Virus record (IMG/VR): IMGVR_UViG_3300030104_005963 | DNA length: 64,000 nt | Source of the DNA: a virus | Reading direction: 5' to 3' (one strand) | Shown: positions 37,789 through 44,498 of the stretch, piece after piece | Position numbering within the stretch: the stretch's first letter is position 1 | Layout of the letters: the number at the start of each line of letters is the position of its first letter | Notes under the pieces: model-generated | What the model was told of the DNA's origin: nothing | What the model saw: the letters and a program-made list of their open reading frames with translations, nothing else | Database searches by the model: none | Program-made: the position numbers and the translations under genes

Positions 37789-38482
37789 TGAAGTAATCGT
37801 CAAAGGTAAGGTCAAGAGTGTAATTCAGGGTATGAATGATGATGAGGTACTGATTCATTATCATGATACCGTGACTGCCGGTAATGGTAAAAAGAAAGGT
37901 TATCCTAAGGGTAAGGGTGAAATCAATGCAAAAATATCATCTCTTATATTTGAACAATTAGAGAAGAAAGGTATTCAGACACACTTCATACAATCTTCTG
38001 GTCCCGGTATTATGCGGTGTAAGAAGGTTGCAATTATTCCGATTGAAGTTGTGGTAAGGAATATAGCTGATGGTTCTATTGTAAGAGAAACCAGGATACC
38101 GAAAGATACGGTATTCAGTCCACCATTGATTGAGTTCTATCTGAAGGATGATAATAAGAATGATCCTTTACTTACGGAGGATAGATTATCTGTAATGGGA
38201 TATAAAAACCTAAGTCTGATTAAACAGTATACAAGGGAGACTAATGTCATTGTATCTGATTTGTTTAATAGGATAGGTATTACACTGGTTGATTTTAAGT
38301 TGGAGTTTGGTAAGACTGTTGATGGAAAGATTGTTGTTGCGGATGAGATCAGTCCTGATGGTTGTAGGTTGAGAAATAAGGAAACTAATATGAGTATGGA
38401 TAAAGATTTGTTCCGTAAAGGAGAAGGTGATATTATTGGTGCCTATAGTGAAATTATGGAGAAATTGATTGAAATATGCTAA
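37781..38482 (+). CDS. purC: SAICAR synthetase
   Basis: KGKVK, HDTVTAGNG, GKGEIN, IPIEVVVRN, EFYLKDD..NDP, LVDFKLEFG, ADEISPDGCRL, DKDLFR. Confidence 0.95.
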   Translation: MLNEVIVKGKVKSVIQGMNDDEVLIHYHDTVTAGNGKKKGYPKGKGEINAKISSLIFEQLEKKGIQTHFIQSSGPGIMRCKKVAIIPIEVVVRNIADGSIVRETRIPKDTVFSPPLIEFYLKDDNKNDPLLTEDRLSVMGYKNLSLIKQYTRETNVIVSDLFNRIGITLVDFKLEFGKTVDGKIVVADEISPDGCRLRNKETNMSMDKDLFRKGEGDIIGAYSEIMEKLIEIC

Positions 38483-38632
38483 AAAAGAGTTAAAAAACAA
38501 TTAAAAAGGTATTATTAAATATAAAACAGTTGTTTATCTTTAATGAGAATCATTAGCAATAAGGGTGTCAGTAACCCCGTGGATACTGTGTAGTAACCCC
38601 ATAATAACCTTAGAGTAACTCTCAGAAACCCT
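38481..38632. repeat. Phased A-tracts and AGTAACCCY-like direct repeats
   Basis: A-runs at 38481, 38492, 38503; repeats at 38570, 38592, 38603, 38614, 38624. Confidence 0.7.
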
Positions 38633-38657
38633 CTGTCCTTATGTGAGTTTAGTCCGC

Positions 38658-38686
38658 ACGCTATCACACTCGGAGCATTTTGTCAA
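38658..38686 (-). promoter_or_regulatory. Leftward sigma70-type promoter TTGACA-17-TAGCGT with extended TG
   Basis: tgtcaa 38681-38686 and acgcta 38658-38663 on the + strand. Confidence 0.55.
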
Positions 38687-38736
38687 CAGGGGACGCAATA
38701 ATACTCTGAGACCCACACATTTTCTCGACGAGGTTG

Positions 38737-38744
38737 TATAAATA
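38737..38744 (+). promoter_or_regulatory. T4-type late promoter TATAAATA
   Basis: Perfect match between palindrome copies 1 and 2. Confidence 0.7.
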
Positions 38745-38773
38745 GAACTTATGAATCTCGTCGAGACATACAC

Positions 38774-38802
38774 TTGACATCTCGACGATATCATAGTATC
38801 AT
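38774..38802 (+). promoter_or_regulatory. Sigma70-type promoter TTGACA-17-TATCAT
   Basis: ttgaca 38774-38779, tatcat 38797-38802; a TCTCGACGA copy fills the spacer. Confidence 0.75.
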
Positions 38803-38831
38803 AATCACAGTCATCAATCTCGACGAGAACC

Positions 38832-39038
38832 ATGTACGACGATTACGATCTCGACTATACATTAAGCAATGATTATGCATCATCATATGATCTCGACGAG
38901 ATGCGCGAAGGACATGTATCATCACATAACATGATACAAGATAGCGCATCATATAATGACGAGATGTCCGCATATGATGATGACGAACATCGTGATGAGC
39001 AAGATTATCAAGCGCTTGCATATATGCACTACGCATGA
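38832..39038 (+). CDS. Acidic Tyr/Asp-rich low-complexity protein
   Basis: 68 aa MYDDYDLDY...; downstream of two promoters. Confidence 0.55.
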   Translation: MYDDYDLDYTLSNDYASSYDLDEMREGHVSSHNMIQDSASYNDEMSAYDDDEHRDEQDYQALAYMHYA

Positions 39039-39067
39039 TAGAATAGTCCGAGAATCACCTAACCACA

Positions 39068-39220
39068 ATGATTGCACAGAAACGCACAGTCCGTGTTATT
39101 CTAGACATCGAATGTTACGATGATTTAGATTTCAATCTGCAAGATTGGCGTGAAATCTTGCAGCTCGAAGGTGATGAAGATGTTCATGCTACCATCGAAG
39201 ATCTGCAAGATATCTTCTAG
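39068..39220 (+). CDS. Hypothetical acidic protein
   Basis: 50 aa (MIAQKRTVRVILDIECYDD...). Confidence 0.65.
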   Translation: MIAQKRTVRVILDIECYDDLDFNLQDWREILQLEGDEDVHATIEDLQDIF

Positions 39221-39221
39221 T

Positions 39222-39243
39222 GTGACACTTCGTGAATTGGTTT
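39222..39243. promoter_or_regulatory. Early-type palindrome without a clear -10 box (copy 11)
   Basis: GTGACACT-N6-ATTGGTTT, followed by three AT-rich palindromes. Confidence 0.5.
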
Positions 39244-39288
39244 CTTATTCTCAATAAGATCTCATTAATGAGAATAGAATATTCTAAA

Positions 39289-39347
39289 AAACCAGTCGTG
39301 GAACTGTCACAGACCCCCTTGCGGATTCGTCCGTGAGGGGTTATGTT
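39289..39347 (+). promoter_or_regulatory. Early promoter copy 12 with UUCG-loop hairpin
   Basis: AAACCAGT-N6-ACTGTCAC; TTGCGG-17-TATGTT; CCCCTTGCGGA-TTCG-TCCGTGAGGGG. Confidence 0.8.
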
Positions 39348-39369
39348 GTGTTCAGTTCAAACAAATCCC

Positions 39370-39621
39370 ATGGAAAAACTCACTAGCATGATTCCCGAGA
39401 GAACAGACTACAACGGGTGGACGAATTACGAAACCTGGAATGTTGCTTTGTGGTTGCAAAATGATGAGGGAATGTATAACTTAGTGAAAGGAAATACTTC
39501 GTATGATTTTTGCATCCCGGCACTGGAAATCGTGTTCGGTAAAATGACACCGGACGGCGTACGTTGGATGGATGGTAAGATTAACACCGATGAAATTGAT
39601 GAAATGTTAAAAGACCTGTGA
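39370..39621 (+). CDS. Hypothetical phage protein (YNGWTNYETWNVALW motif)
   Basis: 83 aa from ATG 39370. Confidence 0.75.
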   Translation: MEKLTSMIPERTDYNGWTNYETWNVALWLQNDEGMYNLVKGNTSYDFCIPALEIVFGKMTPDGVRWMDGKINTDEIDEMLKDL

Positions 39622-39674
39622 CAGTTGTAGAGGTGTCCACTAAATCCCCACAGGGCACCAAAATCGTGTATTGT
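39618..39674 (+). promoter_or_regulatory. Early promoter copy 13
   Basis: GTGACAGT-N6-GGTGTCCA; TATTGT 39669. Confidence 0.8.
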
Positions 39675-39702
39675 ATTCTCAAGTTCAAAAACTTCTTCCA
39701 AA

Positions 39703-39951
39703 ATGATTAAAAAAGGTGGCAATCCGTCTCCAGTTCAGGTTAATCTTGGAAAGTATGATTATAATGTTTGGGTGTATTCGTCGAGTTCGATGGGAAACGA
39801 TGGAGTAATTCGTCATCACTATAAAACATTTCGTCAAAGATATGTTCGTTATTGTGATGCTATAAATGCTGGATGGAAATATATCGATTCCCGACAAACT
39901 ATGCAAGCATGGAGAGGATCAATTCGTTCATTCGATACTGCTACAGCATAA
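39703..39951 (+). CDS. Hypothetical early protein
   Basis: 82 aa. Confidence 0.65.
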   Translation: MIKKGGNPSPVQVNLGKYDYNVWVYSSSSMGNDGVIRHHYKTFRQRYVRYCDAINAGWKYIDSRQTMQAWRGSIRSFDTATA

Positions 39952-39958
39952 TGAAATT

Positions 39959-40015
39959 GTGCCACATGTTTTAGTGGCACAGTAAATGAGCACAGTGCTC
40001 AAAATCGTGTATTGT
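39959..40015 (+). promoter_or_regulatory. Early promoter copy 14
   Basis: GTGCCACA-N6-AGTGGCAC; TATTGT 40010; 37 bp identical to copy 13. Confidence 0.8.
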
Positions 40016-40038
40016 ATTCTCAAGTTCAAAAACTTCCA

Positions 40039-40173
40039 ATGAACGACACCCTTTTCGACGAATTGAACGACATGCCCGGTGAGATTTTTGACGTGATAGA
40101 TTACAAAGAAGAATGGGAGAAAGAAGAAAAATTTGACGTAGAAAAATTCATCAACGGCAACACAGACTACTGA
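40039..40173 (+). CDS. Small acidic hypothetical protein
   Basis: 44 aa. Confidence 0.6.
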   Translation: MNDTLFDELNDMPGEIFDVIDYKEEWEKEEKFDVEKFINGNTDY

Positions 40174-40346
40174 TGCAAACTATGGACAATCTTCAAATGT
40201 TGACCCAACGTGAACAACTTATGGAGGACATTGATTCAATTTGTGATGAGTTCTTTTGTCAAAACTTTCCTAATTCTAAGGAACAGTTTGATGAACTGAC
40301 CCGCATCCTGTGTGATGCAGTTTGCAAAAACTTTCCCATTAATTAA
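40173..40346 (+). CDS. Hypothetical protein
   Basis: 57 aa, TGATG overlap. Confidence 0.6.
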   Translation: MQTMDNLQMLTQREQLMEDIDSICDEFFCQNFPNSKEQFDELTRILCDAVCKNFPIN

Positions 40347-40579
40347 TGTCTTTCGTGTCCATCTTCGATCACACAAACTCCATGTCTGACAACATCATCG
40401 ACCGTGACAATCTGCAGAATGCTTATATTGAAAGCATTATCGATGGTATGGATCATAAGACAATGTATCAGTACGTTTATGATAACTTAGCAGACCATCT
40501 TGACAAGTATTCTGTACAGGAACTTATCACTGAGGTTGAAGATTACTATCCCGAACTTCTGGAGGAAAGTAACACTTAA
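40346..40579 (+). CDS. Hypothetical acidic protein
   Basis: 77 aa, TAATG overlap. Confidence 0.65.
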   Translation: MSFVSIFDHTNSMSDNIIDRDNLQNAYIESIIDGMDHKTMYQYVYDNLADHLDKYSVQELITEVEDYYPELLEESNT

Positions 40580-40593
40580 GGATTCGGCCGCCA

Positions 40594-40653
40594 AAACCAG
40601 TTGGCAAGGTGGCACAAACCCCCCTTGCAAAATCTCTCAAAGTATGGGATTCT
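40594..40653 (+). promoter_or_regulatory. Early promoter copy 15 (-10 uncertain)
   Basis: AAACCAGT-N6-GGTGGCAC; TTGCAA at 40625. Confidence 0.65.
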
Positions 40654-40677
40654 ATAAGAGTCAAAGGAACGCAACTC

Positions 40678-40917
40678 ATGGCAACTCCAATCTTCTCACT
40701 CTCACCCGAAATGCAGGCAACCTGGGATGACATCATGGGGCAAATGTTTCAGTTCGTTTGTGACACTAATGCCGACGTAGATATGGCATATGATTGGGTA
40801 TGTGATCAGTTGGAAATTGACGGGTTCGTTGAGAATAAGAAGGCATGGGATTCTTTCTATGATGCATGGGAATCTGCCGCAAATGTGAATGAAATTGCGG
40901 ACTTAGTTTTCAGTTAA
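40678..40917 (+). CDS. Hypothetical early protein
   Basis: 79 aa from ATG 40678. Confidence 0.65.
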   Translation: MATPIFSLSPEMQATWDDIMGQMFQFVCDTNADVDMAYDWVCDQLEIDGFVENKKAWDSFYDAWESAANVNEIADLVFS

Positions 40918-41083
40918 GTATCACAAACCTCTTTGTCCTTAAGTAACACTTTCTCATGCGTATCTTTCTCTTCGTTCTGATCACTATCCTAGGTGCCAAT
41001 CTATTCATCGATCTTATGGATTCCAACCTGGTCGATGTCATGGAAGAACGGTGGGAAACTATAGAGAAACAAATGGAAAGACT

Positions 41084-41140
41084 GTGACGGTCGGCAAACC
41101 GTCCACCATTCTCCCCACGGACCCCGTTTCCGTGTATATT
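41084..41140 (+). promoter_or_regulatory. Early promoter copy 16
   Basis: GTGACGGT-N6-ACCGTCCA; TATATT 41135. Confidence 0.8.
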
Positions 41141-41199
41141 AAAGAAGTGGAGGGGAGACGACCCCACCACGACCCCAGTCCTTTCAACCCCCCCCTCTC

Positions 41200-41541
41200 A
41201 TGCGTAAGATCGAACAGCAGATGATCACCGCAATCAAAGGTAACAAGAATTGGAGTTCAGGAAACACTCAAGTAGTCACCAATATGGGGGTGTCTACCGT
41301 ATATCTCCACGGCAACAAAATTGCTATGGTTGATGACACTTCCATGACAATCTTTGACGGTGGATATCAGTCCAATACCACAAAATCACGACTCAACGCA
41401 CTTTGTGATGAATTCTGCATCGTCGGTGAGGGCGTCTTTCAAAAAGATTTCCTCTGGTATGTGAGAAAGTTCGTCGGTGCGATTAACGGAAAAAATGTCT
41501 ATCAGACAGAAGATTTCAAATCAGGTTACATCTTTGCCTGA
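41200..41541 (+). CDS. Hypothetical protein (MRKIEQQMITAI...)
   Basis: 113 aa. Confidence 0.75.
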   Translation: MRKIEQQMITAIKGNKNWSSGNTQVVTNMGVSTVYLHGNKIAMVDDTSMTIFDGGYQSNTTKSRLNALCDEFCIVGEGVFQKDFLWYVRKFVGAINGKNVYQTEDFKSGYIFA

Positions 41542-41909
41542 GGGGTTCATCCCCCTCCCTTCGTTCTTTTCTCACTAACTAACATGTTTCGCATCGCATC
41601 TTCGTTAACAACCGGTCGCACACTTTGGGTTTCCAGTGATAACGTGGCACTGCCGGCATATCTTCATGCCGGTGCAAATTCTTCTTATAAGGGAAGTCTT
41701 AACCCTTATAAGTATCGGTGCAATCCTGAGGCACCCAACACTTCCTGCCCTATCTGATACATTATGAAAATCGTTCGTCGCACTGATTTCGGAAAGTTTC
41801 ACACTATTTGTGTTCACACAGACAAAAAATGGATCAAAGTAATTGATGACGGTGTTGTAAAGTTGGTTCGTAACCCTTACACAGTGCCGTGCGTTCGTTA
41901 ACAGCAGTT

Positions 41910-41931
41910 AGGGGGTATTATGCCCCCTTAT
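41910..41931 (+). terminator. GC hairpin, possible terminator at the end of the early cluster
   Basis: AGGGGG-TATTATG-CCCCCT followed by TATT; short U-tract. Confidence 0.45.
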
Positions 41932-42038
41932 TGCCGCGGTGCGTGGCTAAAAACACCCTACTTCCCTAAGCTATAAACGACCCAAATCGACCTTTCAATT
42001 TCTCTCTCTTAAAAAAATTCCGAGCATATATAAAATCA

Positions 42039-42227
42039 ATGGCAAAGTTCAAAGAAATGCAAAAAAATCCCGCAGAAAATTTTACGACCATAGAGATCGA
42101 TCCAGTCACCGGAGAGCATCTATTGACAATTCCGGAATGGATATGTGACGAGAACAAATGGTATGAGGGGACAGAAATAAACATCGAGCTCGATGGAGAT
42201 TCAATTATAATCAGAAGTATTGACTAA
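42039..42227 (+). CDS. AbrB/MazE-like swapped-hairpin small protein
   Basis: TIEIDPVTGEHLLTIPEWIC...WYEGTEINIELDGDSIIIR matches the AbrB pattern. Confidence 0.6.
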   Translation: MAKFKEMQKNPAENFTTIEIDPVTGEHLLTIPEWICDENKWYEGTEINIELDGDSIIIRSID

Positions 42228-42241
42228 GGGTTCGGAGTCTA

Positions 42242-42270
42242 TTGACTTCGTATAGATAGAGTGTTATGAT
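42242..42270 (+). promoter_or_regulatory. Sigma70-type promoter TTGACT-17-TATGAT
   Basis: ttgact 42242-42247, tatgat 42265-42270. Confidence 0.8.
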
Positions 42271-42292
42271 ACTGAAGTAGTTTTATTCTATT

Positions 42293-43051
42293 ATGGCTAA
42301 AGGATTTACTGTAAAAGCAAAGACACCGAAACCATCAGAGTCTGGACCTGAATGGGATTATGATAAGGCAAAGGAGATGGTCAAAGGAAAGACAATTGTT
42401 TTTTGTCTTCCCGGAAGAGGAGTTTCATATGTATATCTGAAAAACTTTGTACAACTTTGTTTCGACCTGGTACAGGCAGGAGCAAGCATCCAGATTTCGC
42501 AGGACTATTCATCGATGGTGAATTTTGCAAGATGCAAGTGTCTTGGTGCGAACGTACTGCGAGGACCGGATCAAATTCCCTGGGACGGTAAGTTGAAATA
42601 TGATTATCAGTTATGGATTGATAGTGATATTGTATTCAACAGTGAGAAGTTCTGGCAATTAGTTTTAATGGACAAGGACCTTGCGGCAGGATGGTACTGT
42701 ACAGAGGACGGTCGCACCACATCAGTCGCTCATTGGTTGGAGGAGGATGACTTCCGAAACAATGGAGGTGTGATGAACCACGAAACTCTAGAGAGTATCT
42801 CCAAACGCAAAAAACCGTTCACCGTGGACTATACAGGTTTTGGATGGTTACTTATCAAGCACGGAGTCTTTGAGAACGAAGGTATCAAGTATCCATGGTT
42901 TGCCCCGAAGATGCAAGTATTTGAATCAGGAGAAGTGCAGGACATGTGTGGAGAAGATGTCTCTTTCTGTCTCGATGCAATTGAAAGTGGATTTGAGATT
43001 TGGTGTGATCCCCGAGTACGTGTAGGACATGAAAAAACAAGAGTCATCTGA
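42293..43051 (+). CDS. GT-A fold glycosyltransferase-like protein
   Basis: WIDSDIVF (DxD), TGFGWLLI, GEDVSFC, VGHEK. Confidence 0.75.
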   Translation: MAKGFTVKAKTPKPSESGPEWDYDKAKEMVKGKTIVFCLPGRGVSYVYLKNFVQLCFDLVQAGASIQISQDYSSMVNFARCKCLGANVLRGPDQIPWDGKLKYDYQLWIDSDIVFNSEKFWQLVLMDKDLAAGWYCTEDGRTTSVAHWLEEDDFRNNGGVMNHETLESISKRKKPFTVDYTGFGWLLIKHGVFENEGIKYPWFAPKMQVFESGEVQDMCGEDVSFCLDAIESGFEIWCDPRVRVGHEKTRVI

Positions 43052-43238
43052 TCGATATACCATCCTTCGTAAGAATAAGAGATTATTCACCAATCTTACC
43101 GAGGATGAATATCTGGAGATCATGCAAGATCTGGCAATTGAATTCTATGCCACCGGGTCACCAAAACCGGAGCATTTAAAAACTATTATTACTAATGAAT
43201 ACGGAGCATCTAAATGGCTAAATCAAAAACAGGAGTGA
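43029..43238 (+). CDS. Hypothetical protein
   Basis: 69 aa. Confidence 0.6.
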   Translation: MKKQESSDRYTILRKNKRLFTNLTEDEYLEIMQDLAIEFYATGSPKPEHLKTIITNEYGASKWLNQKQE

Positions 43239-43363
43239 ACAAGGACTCATATTCACTCGGAACACCGAAGAAGACTCGTCAAGGTTCTGGTAAAGGGACC
43301 AAGAGTGCCGCGACTTCTCGTAACAACGCAAAGAAGGCATATAGGGGTCAAGGAAGGGGTTGA
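43214..43363 (+). CDS. Small basic protein
   Basis: 49 aa MAKSKTG...PKKTRQGSGK...KKAYRGQGRG. Confidence 0.7.
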   Translation: MAKSKTGVNKDSYSLGTPKKTRQGSGKGTKSAATSRNNAKKAYRGQGRG

Positions 43364-43390
43364 ATACATAATGTAGATATGTAAATTACC

Positions 43391-44080
43391 ATGGCATGTT
43401 TGATAACTAATCTTCCATCACAGGAAGTATGGGTTCGTAAAGAATACCTGACAGATCATCAAAGTGGGCATGGGGAGTTTGTAAAGGGCGTCTGGGTATC
43501 GGCAAAGTCGATTCCTGGACGTGCTTTTTATTTTGAGACATATTTGCCCGAATATGCGGCAATGTACGATAAACTCCCTATCAGTGCCTTTCTGAGTGAA
43601 CCTAAAACACCAGATCCGGACATGACCCTACACAATCTACAGTTCTGGAACTGTATGGACTATGGTGTAGTGGCAGTACAGAAGCAATTTATTGGTTCTA
43701 TGCACTATGAGGTCTATACAAGAGACTACGGACCTCAGACGGGCACCTATGTGTGTACTCTAGACAACTATCATCAGGATCCTGACACAGTTGATTACTC
43801 CACAAGTGAAAATCCTTCCGAACATAAGTCACATAACCTCATTGAACTTGATAATGGGCAGTTTTGTCTCTATCCAAACAACAGAACTCGCATTTATGAC
43901 AATAGTTTAACTCCGGAAGAACCAAAAATACCGGATTTTAAGGTTTCGACAGTGTACTATCAGGTCGAAAACGGTCATGACCGTGATGGACTTGGAAATG
44001 ATGAGAATTATTTCTGGAAAACGGCAAAAGAACGTCAAAATAGTGAAGAAAATGTTGAAAATGACGGTATAAATAAATAA
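43391..44080 (+). CDS. Hypothetical protein
   Basis: 229-aa ORF preceding gp25. Confidence 0.8.
   Translation: MACLITNLPSQEVWVRKEYLTDHQSGHGEFVKGVWVSAKSIPGRAFYFETYLPEYAAMYDKLPISAFLSEPKTPDPDMTLHNLQFWNCMDYGVVAVQKQFIGSMHYEVYTRDYGPQTGTYVCTLDNYHQDPDTVDYSTSENPSEHKSHNLIELDNGQFCLYPNNRTRIYDNSLTPEEPKIPDFKVSTVYYQVENGHDRDGLGNDENYFWKTAKERQNSEENVENDGINK
44068..44075 (+). promoter_or_regulatory. T4-type late promoter TATAAATA
   Basis: Perfect match 17 bp upstream of gp25. Confidence 0.85.
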
Positions 44081-44092
44081 AAACTCTGTCTG

Positions 44093-44494
44093 ATGGCGGT
44101 AACACGGATATCCAGAGCATTCAAGGACATTAGTTTGTCCTTTGAACCTCATCCAATCACTAATGATCTACCAATTTTAAAGAATGAGTCGGCAATTCGT
44201 CGTTCTGTGAGAAATATTGTTCAGACAATACCGACTGAAAAGTTTTTTAATCCGGTTTTTGGGTCTGATGTCTATGGTAGTCTATTTGGATTTATAGATT
44301 TTGGTACAGCCTCAATCATTAAAGATCAAATTCTTACCTGTATTAAAAATTTTGAACCTAGAGTCAATAATGTAAAAGTAAAAGTTGAACCATTACCTGA
44401 TGATAACTCATTTGATGTAACAATATTTTTCGATATCATTGGACAAGAGTTCCCAACACAAGAATATTCATTCATATTAGAGGCAACGAGATAA
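44093..44494 (+). CDS. gp25: Baseplate wedge subunit gp25
   Basis: FKDISLSF, AIRRSVRNIV.T.P.EK.F.P.FGS, IKNFEPRV. Confidence 0.92.
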   Translation: MAVTRISRAFKDISLSFEPHPITNDLPILKNESAIRRSVRNIVQTIPTEKFFNPVFGSDVYGSLFGFIDFGTASIIKDQILTCIKNFEPRVNNVKVKVEPLPDDNSFDVTIFFDIIGQEFPTQEYSFILEATR

Positions 44495-44498
44495 TAAA

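Larger units (their letters stand above)
38723..38901. repeat. Six copies of the palindrome TCTCG(A/T)CGAGA (some partial)
   Basis: At 38723, 38756, 38780, 38818, 38849, 38891. Confidence 0.9.

Noticed and set aside
38639-39036. Minus-strand ORFs 38639-38833 and 38791-39036 as genes
   Set aside because: No RBS or upstream minus-strand promoter; low-complexity mirror of the repeat region.
24062-41140. Early palindromes as a CRISPR array, IS ends or attC-type integron sites
   Set aside because: Copies are degenerate and tied to -10 boxes; no cas, transposase or integrase gene in the window.
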